Shown: piece after piece, positions 1 to 10,456 of the stretch
Layout: each line of letters opens with the position of its first letter
How positions within the stretch are numbered: position 1 is the stretch's first letter
Assembly (NCBI GenBank): GCA_965222605.1
Contig: OZ244960.1
Coordinates: 5,408,001 to 5,472,000 of the forward strand
Reading direction: 5' to 3'
Length of the DNA stretch: 64,000 nt
DNA from: Candidatus Latescibacterota bacterium
GTDB taxonomy: Bacteria > Latescibacterota > UBA2968
Notes under the pieces: generated by a model
The model's input: the letters and a program-made list of their open reading frames with translations, nothing else
Database searches by the model: none
What the model was told of the DNA's origin: nothing
Translations under genes and position numbers: made by a program

Positions 1-332
1 TGTGCAACATCTCTGCCGGGAATATGCCATTTCCCGCTGTAGTAGGCGTTGTAACCATTTTTGTTCAGCCATTGCCCCAGGTCCGGCATGGACGGAACCA
101 TGTTGGCACCATTGGTCACCACTCCGTTCTCGGGGGTGTGGCGCCCGGTAAACCAACTCGCACGCGCTGGACAGCAGACAGGATTCGCGCTATAGGACTT
201 TACAAAGCTGATTCCCCTTGCTGCAAGCCGGTCCATACTGGGCGTCTTCACGTCATTGCACCCCAGATGTCCAAGGGCTTCCGCGCTATGCTGATCGGTC
301 GTAATCAGAAGAATATTCGGTCTCTGTTCCAT
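1..332 (-). CDS. Sulfatase, N-terminal part (runs off window start)
   Basis: Manual minus-strand translation from ATG 332: MEQRPNILLITTDQH...NPVCCPARASWFTG, with the CxPxR formylglycine motif. Not in the ORF track because it is truncated by the window edge. Confidence 0.85.
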   Translation of the reverse strand, partial: MEQRPNILLITTDQHSAEALGHLGCNDVKTPSMDRLAARGISFVKSYSANPVCCPARASWFTGRHTPENGVVTNGANMVPSMPDLGQWLNKNGYNAYYSGKWHIPGRDVA

Positions 333-335
333 CGC

Positions 336-1064
336 TTATGACGCCTCCCTCTTGAGAATCACCGTCCGACGCGTACTCATCACCAGAAATAATCGTCCAT
401 TCGCATCCACATAATAACAGGTCGGAATAACGGATTCCCCGTAATGACAATACACATCGGTAGTCACAGCACTTTGATCTGTTGTGATCTCCGATGTCCC
501 GCGATAAATTAGAAACTGCCTTTCTCGGATCATCGAGAACTCTTCTATCAGGTCAAATGTATGCTTTGTAGTGTCCATTCCGACGGCCAGCCGCTGGACT
601 GCGTCAAAAAGACACCAGTCGGCGGTATAGTGCCCAAGCGTCTTTGAACGCGCAGGCTCTTTGCCATCCATCAAAAGTCGGCTATCTCGAACTTCGCCTT
701 TCTGGGTGTAGCCAACCAGTCCTTTTCCCGCCGGGCTCCCGTTGGAATACTTTAGCGTCCAGGCCTTTGGAGATGTGAGTGCGTTGTTCTCGCATTGTGC
801 ATTAATCTCTGTCGTGTTATCGAACTTCAGGTCCGAGCAGGTGATTCCCAAATGACGGTCTTCACCCTCATTTCTGGCGGAAATCCTGAGCGTAGCCTCA
901 GGCTCGTGAGATCTACTGCCGGAATTCCCTCGCTTCGTCCGAATGTTCATCCAGTAGATATCGTATGTCTGCTCTCCCGGTGCCTCCGGATTAAAGGCTC
1001 CGGCGGGCAAACCGTACTTGTTCAATACCCTTTTCGTATGGATATATTCCCATGGCTCAGCCAT
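336..1064 (-). CDS. Hypothetical protein
   Basis: 242-aa ORF with an AGGAG RBS, 3 nt upstream of the sulfatase start; no recognised motif. Confidence 0.6.
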   Translation of the reverse strand: MAEPWEYIHTKRVLNKYGLPAGAFNPEAPGEQTYDIYWMNIRTKRGNSGSRSHEPEATLRISARNEGEDRHLGITCSDLKFDNTTEINAQCENNALTSPKAWTLKYSNGSPAGKGLVGYTQKGEVRDSRLLMDGKEPARSKTLGHYTADWCLFDAVQRLAVGMDTTKHTFDLIEEFSMIRERQFLIYRGTSEITTDQSAVTTDVYCHYGESVIPTCYYVDANGRLFLVMSTRRTVILKREAS

Positions 1065-1277
1065 TCCCCCGCTCCTTTCTAAGGAAGTCTCTCAATGAAA
1101 GATATTTAGATTCTACAACATACCGGGTGGGAGTGCAAGTATCATCTGGTATGGATTTCGAAAGGGTGTTGGAAAATGCTCTATGACCTACTTTGGCTGG
1201 GCTTGACCCACAAAGGCGAAGTCGCTATCGTATCGGGCGCGAATTGTATTATAGGAGCGACTAATGGAGGACCGATA

Positions 1278-2363
1278 ATGTCGAATGAAAAGCCAAATGT
1301 GCTGGTGATTCAGCCCGATCAGCACCGCGGAACGGTGATGGGTTGCGCAGGTGACTCGCAAGTGAAAACGCCGAATCTGGACCGCCTTGCGTCGGAGGGA
1401 ATCCGGTTCTCCCGCTGCGCTTCGTCCAGCCCTGTGTGCTCCCCATTTCGGGGGACGATGCAGACCGGATTGTATTGCCATACCCACGGCGTGGATGTGA
1501 ACAATATTCTGCTGGATCCCGAGATGATCACGTTCGCCGACCTGTTTGCGGACGCTGGATACGCCACGGGCTATATCGGGAAATGGCATCTGGATGGGGG
1601 CATTCCCAGTGGTGGCGGATTCATCGAGCCCGGTCCAAGGCGAGCGGGATGGCAGGAATGGCACGGATATCAGAAGGGGCACCAGTTTTTCGAAGTCTGG
1701 GACTACAACGAGAATCGCGAGAAGGTGCGGATCGAAGGCTACGACTGGGAGCCGACATGGCATACGGATATGGCTCTGGACTTTGCAAAACGAAATCGCG
1801 ACGCTGGTCATCCCTGGCTCTACTATTTGGGATATGGCCCGCCGCACAAGCCCGAACAGTGCCCGCAGAAGTATCTGGATATGTACGATCCAGATACCTT
1901 TGAACTGCCAGACGACGTGAAGGGACGGTTCGGAGAGCGGGAACACGAGCTTCGGAGGCTTTATCAGATGTATTACGGTCAGGTAACGGCGGTGGATGTG
2001 GACCTCACCCCTACGATTTTAGACCTGGCGGGATTGGGGATTCCCGATGTGATGCAGGGCGACAGTATGGCGAGCTGGTGTCTGGAGGGAAAAGGCGTGG
2101 AGAACGACTGTGTATATATGGGACTCCGTGGCGCAAGCCAGCCTGGTGGATGGCGCGCCGTGTGGGATGGCGGCTACGTGTTTTCGCCAGGTATTCACAA
2201 TGTTCTATATGACCACGAATCCGATCCGCTGGAGATGGAAAATCTCATCGACGTGCCACAGATTTCAGGTGAGAGGAAGCGGTTGGCGGAGCTACTCGTA
2301 CAGATGGCCGAGAAGACGGAAGATCCGATGCTGCAAGAGGTGAAAGGCCTTTGCAGTATGTGA
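1278..2363 (+). pseudogene. Sulfatase with in-frame internal deletion
   Basis: GGAGG RBS; MSNEKPNVLVIQPDQHR, CSPFR, GYIGKWHL and PPH are present, but YYGQVTAVD runs straight into VDLTPTILDL, so the SDHG/K segment is missing. Confidence 0.75.
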
Positions 2364-2528
2364 GCTAAGGCGCGTGGTTTAATGGATCGCCTTCAACTCC
2401 TTTTATGCAGGGCAGCAGAGAGCGTCCTTCAGTTTCTCCTGGATTTTCAGCATCGGCCAGATGGAGAATATTGGTCTGTGTATCATGTGTTCGGGGTGGG
2501 GGAGGGGTCGATTGATCTTTTTTTTCTA

Positions 2529-4985
2529 TCAGTTGCTTTTGAAAGGGTCGCTCAAAACAACGAGGGTGATGAGATCATGCAGGCCCTTATTTTTTTCCTG
2601 TACATCCCGAACTATTGCATCAACCCCTGGTCGATCAGAAATTCCCAACTCGCGACCAATTGCATAGGTCAGCAATTTATCTGTCAGACAACGCGTGAAT
2701 TCTGCGTGACGCTTTGTCATTAGCTTGCGAAATTCGATGAAGGATTTAAAAGTTTCGCCACTCGGCAATTTTCCCGAAGGATCAATCGCTGCGCTTTGGG
2801 TATAGCGGGTTCGCCAACCGCCGATCGCATCAAAGTTTTCCAGCGCAAAACCAGGCGGATCGATTTTGCTATGACATTGGGCGCAGGTCGGCATCTCGCG
2901 GTGCTTGACCAGTTGATCTCTGATGGTTGTTGCCCCTCGCGTGTCTGGCTCAATCTCAGGCACATCGTCCGGCGGTGGCGGCGGTGTGTATCCCAGCAAA
3001 TTTTCCAGCACATAAATCCCGCGCACCACAGGCGAAGTATCTACGCCATTGGCCGAAGCCATGAGAAAACTGCCCTGGCCCAGCAAACCACCGCGTGGTG
3101 TCCCGGTGAGCGGAACCCGGCGAAAATGCGCTCCCTCAATACCTTCTATCCCATAATGCCGGGCAAGTTCCCGATTGAGAAAGGAATAATCAGCAGAAAG
3201 AAATTCACGGAGCGAAAGATTGTTGTCGAGTACGTGCCCAAAAAACGTCTCTGTTTCAGTCAACATAGCAGGGCCGAGATTATCGCGGAAATAGACTCTA
3301 AAATCCGGGGACGGTGGCATCTCACCAATGTTGTCATAGTCGAGCCACACGCGAATGAAATCTTTAACAAAGCGGTGCGACTTTGTGTCACTGAGCATAC
3401 GATGGATCTGCTTACTGAGCGTGGCCGGGTCGCTGAGTTTCTTCTGTTGAGCAAGTGATAGCAGTTCATCATCTGGCACGGAAGACCACAAAAAATAGGA
3501 TAATCGGGCAGCCAGAGAATAATCATCCAGGGCGCCCTCGCCTTCATGCAAAAACAGAAAAGCAGGCGAACTGAGAATGGCCTGAAAACCCAGTTGTAAT
3601 GCGGCCAACGGCGCCATGCCATTGCTGAGTTTTTCATGCGCAAGCGACTCAAATGGTGCCAGTTCTCCAGGCCGCAAGGGCCTGCGAAAAGCGTCTGTGG
3701 CAAATGCACGCAAACGCTCCGAAATGCTCTTCCGGTCCAAATCCTCAGGTTGTAAATCGCCATACATCAACTGATGTCCGCGTGGAGGCCAGTCTTTCAC
3801 TTGGGGTCCACTAACCTGAACTTCCCAAATCCTTAGCTTAGGCCCGCGGTAAACCTTGAGCAGCGCGTGATTTCTTTCATTACCCGGTTTCTGATCTACG
3901 AAGGGCAGGATTTCGGGTTTTGGATTTTTTGCCCTGGTAAGCTTGCGAACCAGTGCTTTGGTTGCCAATGTTCCATTGCGGAAACGAACCTCAGGCTCAA
4001 CCCCTTTTTCCAGATAAACATCCCATTCAAACCACTGAGGCTCTTCACGGATCAGTTCAACAGTTGCAAGCGTGTATTCGCGAGAAATATTGCCCGTGCT
4101 CTCCACACTGCCTTTGCGATCTACGGCCGCCAACTCCAGCACAAGCGGATCGCCTTTGGGAAAATCGTTGAGTTCTTTGTCATAATGGTGATTGCGATCA
4201 ATTGCTGCCGCCCGCACCCTTATAGTATAGGTTCCACTGACAGGGACACCACCATCCATCAGCGGATAAAAACCAATATGACCACCCCGGTAGTGCCGTC
4301 CAGTCAGATCATCGTATCCCGTATCTGACACAAACCGAAAGCGATCCTCTCTAAAAACCTTGGGCAAGGAGCTGGCCTGTTTGCCTTTAAAATAGAAAGG
4401 GGATTTCTGCACGTAATTTTTGGCTTCGGGTTTGGCTTCAAAATGCGTGGCTCGCGTGACGGCTTCTTCAGCAACACGCAAATAGTGATCGAGCAACATG
4501 CCCGACGTGACAAGCCCGGCGGCATTGTTATCAAAGCCTTTGACCTTCACTTCGGGTGGAAAATCTTCCGTTGGATCCCAGGCCTCCATATTCAGACGGA
4601 GTAAATCACCGAGTGTTTGGCGATATTCCCAGGCGTTGAGTCGCCTAAGAGGTGTATGCTGTCCTTTGCCTGACAATCGCATACGCGCTTCAGCAATTGA
4701 TACTGTAATCACTTGAACAGTGGCAAGCACCTCATCTTTACTCGGCTGCATCTGGCGCTTTGGTGGCATCGACTGCAGGTTGAGCTGATCAACAATATCC
4801 TGCCATAGTTCTAATTCTTTGAGGTTGACAATCGTCTCAGAAAACTGATCAAAGCGCCGATCGGCTTTTTGCACGCTTGAACCATGACACTTTACACAAT
4901 ATTGTGTAAGAAATGCCCCGGGCAGTTCTGCCCAAACAGAATGAGCGCATAGCGTGAAGACAATAACCATCAAAACCCGCTTCAT
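2529..4985 (-). CDS. DUF1592/DUF1588/DUF1587/DUF1595/DUF1585 protein with planctomycete-type cytochrome c motifs
   Basis: Signal peptide; CVKCH and CAQCH heme motifs; RRLNAWEYRQTL, RLSYFLWSS, TSPVVRG and GFALENFDAIG signatures. Confidence 0.9.
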   Translation of the reverse strand: MKRVLMVIVFTLCAHSVWAELPGAFLTQYCVKCHGSSVQKADRRFDQFSETIVNLKELELWQDIVDQLNLQSMPPKRQMQPSKDEVLATVQVITVSIAEARMRLSGKGQHTPLRRLNAWEYRQTLGDLLRLNMEAWDPTEDFPPEVKVKGFDNNAAGLVTSGMLLDHYLRVAEEAVTRATHFEAKPEAKNYVQKSPFYFKGKQASSLPKVFREDRFRFVSDTGYDDLTGRHYRGGHIGFYPLMDGGVPVSGTYTIRVRAAAIDRNHHYDKELNDFPKGDPLVLELAAVDRKGSVESTGNISREYTLATVELIREEPQWFEWDVYLEKGVEPEVRFRNGTLATKALVRKLTRAKNPKPEILPFVDQKPGNERNHALLKVYRGPKLRIWEVQVSGPQVKDWPPRGHQLMYGDLQPEDLDRKSISERLRAFATDAFRRPLRPGELAPFESLAHEKLSNGMAPLAALQLGFQAILSSPAFLFLHEGEGALDDYSLAARLSYFLWSSVPDDELLSLAQQKKLSDPATLSKQIHRMLSDTKSHRFVKDFIRVWLDYDNIGEMPPSPDFRVYFRDNLGPAMLTETETFFGHVLDNNLSLREFLSADYSFLNRELARHYGIEGIEGAHFRRVPLTGTPRGGLLGQGSFLMASANGVDTSPVVRGIYVLENLLGYTPPPPPDDVPEIEPDTRGATTIRDQLVKHREMPTCAQCHSKIDPPGFALENFDAIGGWRTRYTQSAAIDPSGKLPSGETFKSFIEFRKLMTKRHAEFTRCLTDKLLTYAIGRELGISDRPGVDAIVRDVQEKNKGLHDLITLVVLSDPFKSN

Positions 4986-6235
4986 GAAATCTCCATCGCA
5001 GAAAAGGTCCCGGTGCTTTTACCAAAGCTATCTCGCTCTACGCCAAACCACTGCAGGGCGGAAAGCCAGAGATTTGACAGCGGAATTCGCTTGTGTGCCT
5101 CAGCAGGACACACGAGATGCCCTTGATGGTTCAAACCGCCCCCCGCGAGAATTACCGGCAAATTCTTATTGGAATGCCTTGAACCATCGCCCATGCCACT
5201 TCCCAGAACAATTAGTGTGTCGTCAAACACCTTTGCTTCTTTGAGGTGATCCAGAAACCGACCAAACTGAGTCAACAAATATTCTTCCACAACCTGCAGG
5301 TCTTTCAATCGCCCCTCCGCCTTGCCGTGATGTGAAAGGCCGTGATATCCGCCAAGGTTGAGTTCGGACGTCTTAAAGGCCAGGGGGATTTCAAAGGTCG
5401 CAACCCGTGTCGAGTCTGTCTGTAATGCCAGCGTTAGCAGATCATAAAAAAGCGGCATTTCCTCAATTTGCATCCGTTCGAGGTCTTCCACAGGCTCAAT
5501 TGGAGATTCTGGCTTGGGTTTGTCGAGCCATTCGCGCGACATTTGCAGGCGATGCTCGACATCGCGCACCGAAGTCAGATATTGATCGAGCTTACCGCGA
5601 TCCGCCGCATTCAATTGCCCATGGAGTGTCTTGGCCGACTCAAGCAAGGCGTCAAGTACACTGCCCCGATTTGATAATGTACGACGCTCTGCGCTTCGCA
5701 TAGCCTCATCATTCTGTACAAACAAAGCTTGAAAAATGCGGGCAGGATTGTTAATCGGTGCCACATTTACGCCCGACCGCATCCATACCATGTCTGTACC
5801 TTTGCCCAACCCTGCAGTAATTGAGGGAAAGCGCGTTGTACTGCCCACATGCTCAGCCGCCATCTGGTCCAGCGTCATATTCTTTTCGGGGAAACCCGCG
5901 GCTTCTTCCTTGCGCACGCTGCTCAGAAACACGTGTACGCCAGCGTGTCCACCACCCGTACCATGATCGAGATTTGAAAAGACAGTAAAATCACCTCGGT
6001 GTGAATTGATATACTTCAGCGTCAGGCTCGTCTCATAGTCCTTACCGAGTTGCTTGGGAAAAAATCCGCCCGGCCAAAATCCCAGATGATTGCCCACGCA
6101 GACCAGGCGCCTCGGATTTGCCGCACCGTACACCATTCTGCTTTCTAAGAAAGGCAAAGATAGTGCTACGCCTGCGCCCTGTAAAAAGTGCCGACGATTA
6201 ACCCGCGCTTGCAAAAGTTCAGAAATGACGTTCAT
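4982..6235 (-). CDS. DUF1552 domain protein
   Basis: Tat-like RRHFLQGAG-ALSLPFLES; SVLD, LDQYLTSVRDVE, YHGLSHH, HSNKNLPVILAGG; overlaps its usual DUF1592 partner by 4 nt. Confidence 0.9.
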   Translation of the reverse strand: MNVISELLQARVNRRHFLQGAGVALSLPFLESRMVYGAANPRRLVCVGNHLGFWPGGFFPKQLGKDYETSLTLKYINSHRGDFTVFSNLDHGTGGGHAGVHVFLSSVRKEEAAGFPEKNMTLDQMAAEHVGSTTRFPSITAGLGKGTDMVWMRSGVNVAPINNPARIFQALFVQNDEAMRSAERRTLSNRGSVLDALLESAKTLHGQLNAADRGKLDQYLTSVRDVEHRLQMSREWLDKPKPESPIEPVEDLERMQIEEMPLFYDLLTLALQTDSTRVATFEIPLAFKTSELNLGGYHGLSHHGKAEGRLKDLQVVEEYLLTQFGRFLDHLKEAKVFDDTLIVLGSGMGDGSRHSNKNLPVILAGGGLNHQGHLVCPAEAHKRIPLSNLWLSALQWFGVERDSFGKSTGTFSAMEIS

Positions 6236-6313
6236 GCCTTATCCCCTGATTAACTGTTTCTGTATAAGTTGGAATCTCTACGCCAAAATTCGTCCTAATA
6301 TAGCAGACAACGC

Positions 6314-6385
6314 GGCATTTGGCAACGAGTGGTATGTACGCAATATGTATATCGAAGGTTCGCCTGAGCACGAGCATTTTGTGTC
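6314..6385 (+). pseudogene. Fragment of GH29 alpha-L-fucosidase
   Basis: AFGNEWYVRNMYIEGSPEHEHFV matches the GH29 N-terminal PAFGNEWYPRNMY motif; no start and no rest of gene. Confidence 0.6.
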
Positions 6386-6419
6386 GCGAATTGGAGATGT
6401 GACATCATTTGATAGGGGT

Positions 6420-7418
6420 TCAGATTGTCGTTCTTCCCTGATACAGTAGTGGATGTATGATCCCAATCGCGTCAATCTCAGACTGGAGATCGGTGGGGAG
6501 GGGGCCACGCTCAATGGCGTCGATATTCGATTCGATTTCATGCGGATTTTTGAAGCCAGTCACGATACATTTGAGACGCTGCTCAGGCAGTAGCCAGCGC
6601 AGGGTGAGCTCCGGCAACTCCAGGCCCGATGATGCCTGGATGTCCAGGTATTTGCAATACGCGCGGTGGAAGCCTTCATCCATCCATTCGGGAAGATGGT
6701 CACGCCAGTCTGACTTGGCAACGGCAAGCCAGCCCTTCATAAACATCGCACCACCAACTACTCCTACGCCCTCTTCTTCGGTAAGGGGAAGCAGAAAGCG
6801 GGCAGCGTTGCGATAAATCGGATTGTATTGGTGTGCGACCATCATTGAGTCCAATTCAGTGGCGCTGACCAGCCGAGCAAGGCGTCGTGCATCTTTACCC
6901 GTGATGCCGATGAAGCGTGCCTTGCCTTGTTTCTTTGCAATGCGAAGAAACTCCAAACAAGGTGCCGCCGGAAAGTCATACTCTTCCTCGTCTATGATCA
7001 GTGGTCCTCCGTGGGATATGGCAATCTCCTCAGGCAAAGGATCATCTGACCACCACTTTCGCTGATCTGCCTCATGTAGCTGGATCAGATCCACATAGTC
7101 GGTCTGAAGTCTGCATAGACTCTCTTCAAATTGTCGCATGAGGGAGTCGACTTTGCGGTGTCCCCCTGGGTCTTCTACACCACCCACCTTGGTCGCCAAG
7201 AATACCGTTTCCCGCCGACCTCGCAATGCCTCACCTAACAGACGCTCATCTTCGCCTTTGCCATAGGCGGCAGCCGTATCGAAGTAATCGATCCCCCGGT
7301 CAACTGCCAGGGCAATACATTCGTTTACTCCCTGTTGGCCCTGGCCAGACATAAAACAGGTGCCCAGGCCAAGTTCGCTGACGTTCACTCCCGTATTTCC
7401 AAGTGCTCGACGCTTCAT
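6420..7418 (-). CDS. Aldo/keto reductase
   Basis: LGNTGVNVSELGLG, GIDYFDTAAAYG, LATKVG, LQTDYVDLIQLH. Confidence 0.9.
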   Translation of the reverse strand: MKRRALGNTGVNVSELGLGTCFMSGQGQQGVNECIALAVDRGIDYFDTAAAYGKGEDERLLGEALRGRRETVFLATKVGGVEDPGGHRKVDSLMRQFEESLCRLQTDYVDLIQLHEADQRKWWSDDPLPEEIAISHGGPLIIDEEEYDFPAAPCLEFLRIAKKQGKARFIGITGKDARRLARLVSATELDSMMVAHQYNPIYRNAARFLLPLTEEEGVGVVGGAMFMKGWLAVAKSDWRDHLPEWMDEGFHRAYCKYLDIQASSGLELPELTLRWLLPEQRLKCIVTGFKNPHEIESNIDAIERGPLPTDLQSEIDAIGIIHPLLYQGRTTI

Positions 7419-7460
7419 ATGAATACCGTAATCCTTTCGCCGTCATACGGAATGATTCTG

Positions 7461-8366
7461 TCAATTCAAGTGGTTGTCCAAGAATCCCAATACTCTCGCT
7501 AAGGCGGCTTTCACTTGGGGGTCCCACCAACGTCCGTCGAATCCGTGGCCGCCGCCCTCGATCGTGACCATCTCGTGGTCTACGCCCGCCTCCTTCAGGC
7601 GGTTCTGCATACGCACCGACAGTTCGTACGGAACGTCTGTGTCGTCTGTCCCGTGTAGCAGCAGCGTTGGCGGATAGTTCGCATTGACGTTCTGATCTGG
7701 GCAGTACGGGGTGAAAAACGCGGGATCCTTCGCAGGATCGAAGCCGCTGACCTCGATCGGCCAGATGCCCTGCTGCCGCGTGTACCGATAGAACGTGCCT
7801 GGACGTCTGCCTTCCGAAATCGCTCTCGGCTCGACCTGCTCCATCGCCTCTTCGCGCCCGATGTGCCGCTGCTCCAAGTAGAACGGGGACGGTTTTGTAT
7901 ACCACGAACCGATCAGATCTCCATATCCATAGAAGGACACCAGGGCCCCAGGCTTCGAATCGAACGTGCCCATCATCAACGCCAGGTAACCGCCCGCGGA
8001 ATGTCCGACCGCGCCAATTCGCGCAGGATCGACACCGAGTTCATCTGCGTTCGACCGAATCCACCCAAACGCATCGCGGACGTCTGCTATGATCTCTGGT
8101 AGTTTGGTCTCAGGGGCGAGCCGGTAGCTGATCGAGATGACCTTGTATCCCGCATCCACGTAGCGAGCCGCGTGGCCCTGACCGGCTTCTCGACTACCCA
8201 TTATGAGTGCACCACCGTGAATCCACACTACGGCGGGGGATATTTTGGCCATCGCTTCTGACGAATACACGTCGAGATGGATGTCGCAGTCTGTCGTCTT
8301 CTTGAAGGCGTAGGTTCGGCGCAGGAGTGTGAAAATGGGTTCCGGCAAAGTATCCTCTCCAATCAT
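7461..8366 (-). CDS. Alpha/beta hydrolase (HSL-like esterase)
   Basis: HGGA oxyanion motif, YRLAPE, GHSAGG nucleophile elbow, HGTDDTDV, GHGF. Confidence 0.9.
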   Translation of the reverse strand: MIGEDTLPEPIFTLLRRTYAFKKTTDCDIHLDVYSSEAMAKISPAVVWIHGGALIMGSREAGQGHAARYVDAGYKVISISYRLAPETKLPEIIADVRDAFGWIRSNADELGVDPARIGAVGHSAGGYLALMMGTFDSKPGALVSFYGYGDLIGSWYTKPSPFYLEQRHIGREEAMEQVEPRAISEGRRPGTFYRYTRQQGIWPIEVSGFDPAKDPAFFTPYCPDQNVNANYPPTLLLHGTDDTDVPYELSVRMQNRLKEAGVDHEMVTIEGGGHGFDGRWWDPQVKAALARVLGFLDNHLN

Positions 8367-8387
8367 CTTAGAAATCGTTCAATGTTA

Positions 8388-8993
8388 TTAAAGAAGCCCC
8401 AGATGATTCAGCTTCTGCCGAAGACCGTCGGCTCCAGCATAGGTGTGTCCGGCTATACCCAATCTGGTCGCCGCTGCTACATGCCCGGCGTTGTCGTCTA
8501 TGAACAGAGCCTGCCCTGGAGTTGCTGCCACGGTATCCAGGGCTGCGAAGTAGATGCCGGGATCGGGTTTTGCAGACCCCACCTCTGAGGAGTTGACGAT
8601 GTAGTCGAAATTTTCGGTGATGCCCAATCGCCGAAGATCTGAGGGTAATCTCGACGTCGCATTGCTGATGAGGACTAAGTGTGCCCTCTTTCGACAAGCC
8701 TGTAAGATCCCCAGAACCTCCAAATCGACTTCTCCTGGCGATACGGACCAGATCGCAACCGCGCGCTTCGCGTTGGCTTTCGAGAAGCCCTTGCTGAGCA
8801 GGTCCGCAGTTCTCCCACGCCACTCTTCGTCAGATATTTGGCCTGTGATCACCAGGGGGAGCAAGTCATCTGAAAACGCAGCCCTGGGGATGGCTCCCTC
8901 GGGAAGCCCGGTTGCTCGCTCAGCCTTCCGGTGTATTTCAGGGGACCAGATGCGAATCACCCCGTCGAGGTCTGTCAAGATTGCGTTCGTCAT
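8388..8993 (-). CDS. HAD-family phosphatase
   Basis: DLDGV motif I, SN, KPDPGIY, FIDD. Confidence 0.88.
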   Translation of the reverse strand: MTNAILTDLDGVIRIWSPEIHRKAERATGLPEGAIPRAAFSDDLLPLVITGQISDEEWRGRTADLLSKGFSKANAKRAVAIWSVSPGEVDLEVLGILQACRKRAHLVLISNATSRLPSDLRRLGITENFDYIVNSSEVGSAKPDPGIYFAALDTVAATPGQALFIDDNAGHVAAATRLGIAGHTYAGADGLRQKLNHLGLL

Positions 8994-9000
8994 TTAGGTT

Positions 9001-9150
9001 TTACGTTTCTTTTCTCGCAGCGATGTACGGCAATTCTGAAATAGTAGGGTGGGGACCTTGCATTTCCGAAAGGTCATCGATTGATGCCCTCGTCTTGATG
9101 GCCATCGCTATGGCCGCGAGGGAATCAGCGGCATTCCTTCCAACAGCTAA
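9001..9150 (-). pseudogene. C-terminal fragment of a pyridine nucleotide-disulfide oxidoreductase (dihydrolipoamide dehydrogenase-like)
   Basis: AADSLAAIAMAIKTRASIDDLSEMQGPHPTISE carries the HPTxSE dimerisation-domain motif; the rest of the gene is absent. Confidence 0.65.
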
Positions 9151-9164
9151 TCCTCCGGACCTCT

Positions 9165-10379
9165 TCACAAAAGATTCCCTTGTGCGCAGGAGTTGTGACC
9201 TATCACCGTGATCGGCTCGGTCATTCCTATACAAACATTGCCACTCACAAGGTTCCAGTCACTGTGGCCACTCTCGATGATGCCCCGCGTCTGGCACGGT
9301 GTGTCCCCCCCAACCGTCGGAGATTTGTCAGCATCATCGGCGCAATGGTTGCCCTGGACAAGAAACCTTTTGGCATTATGCAGGCGCAGGGCGGGATAAG
9401 CTCCTGGCTTCTTCCAGGAATTGCTACGGAGGATGTTCCCGACGATCACATGTTCCACGCCATTGCTTGCGTTAATGCCCCACTTGCCATTCTCTGAGCA
9501 CACATTGTTGCTGATGATGTTGTGATGATCCTCCCCATGCCCCACGCCGCCGATGCCACTGTAGTCGTTGCCTGTGAACACACTGTCGCTACATATAGAG
9601 TCGCGCACATGGCCGCAGAAGTACAGACCGTCTCCGCCGTTTCCAATGGCGATGTTGTGTGACCAAATGCTGCGTTCTATACCAGTGCCGGGATGGTATC
9701 CGTGTCCGCGACAAAAGCGAACCTGACAGTGGGTGACCTGCACATCCGAGCCGCCCTGCACGCTGATGCCGTCACTCGACCAGTCGATGACCGTTACATT
9801 TTGGATGCGTACACCTCTACAGCGGACAATGTGTACAGCGCTGTAAGTAAAGTCTTGCCACCAGCGCCCTTTGGGATCTCTTGACCCGCGTAGCGTCAGA
9901 TTGTACAAGCTCACGTCATCTCTACTGACAGCGGTAATGCCCGGGAAGAGGCCGACGATCTGGGCTCCCTCTTTCACCCTCAAGCCCCTGTTCAGTGGCT
10001 CGCTCAAGCGAACGAGGTTGCCCTTTACCGACCTCACCAGCGCGTGGGTCCCATCCCACCATTGGCGAGGACGGTCGTTCAGCCCGACGCCATCGTCTGA
10101 GACGAAGGGCACTCGCCCACGTAAGTGGACGCTGCGGGAACCTTTGCGTACATCTCGAATCAGGAACAGCGCTCTGGGAGCAGCTATCGTCAGCTCAGTA
10201 GCTGATCCCTCGCCGATGAGGCTCACGCCACTTCGAAGGACAATCGACTGACGTAGCCGCCATTTGCCTGCCGGAATCCGGACGCTCCCACCTCGCTCGC
10301 CAAGGGCGTCAATCGCCTCCTGAATCCCCGAGGTAGCCGAATCCTGATCGAGAGATGCCATGATTACTTCGCTCATCAT
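9165..10379 (-). CDS. Right-handed parallel beta-helix protein (pectate lyase-like fold)
   Basis: IQEAIDAL..GGSVRIPAG start and repeated N/G-rich beta-helix turns. Confidence 0.8.
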   Translation of the reverse strand: MMSEVIMASLDQDSATSGIQEAIDALGERGGSVRIPAGKWRLRQSIVLRSGVSLIGEGSATELTIAAPRALFLIRDVRKGSRSVHLRGRVPFVSDDGVGLNDRPRQWWDGTHALVRSVKGNLVRLSEPLNRGLRVKEGAQIVGLFPGITAVSRDDVSLYNLTLRGSRDPKGRWWQDFTYSAVHIVRCRGVRIQNVTVIDWSSDGISVQGGSDVQVTHCQVRFCRGHGYHPGTGIERSIWSHNIAIGNGGDGLYFCGHVRDSICSDSVFTGNDYSGIGGVGHGEDHHNIISNNVCSENGKWGINASNGVEHVIVGNILRSNSWKKPGAYPALRLHNAKRFLVQGNHCADDADKSPTVGGDTPCQTRGIIESGHSDWNLVSGNVCIGMTEPITVIGHNSCAQGNLL

Positions 10380-10456
10380 AGGCTTTCAATACCTTTCATC
10401 AAGGCGTGTAGCTGTTATCGGCTGTGGACAAAGAATGCTGTAGCCTCACGGGTCCT

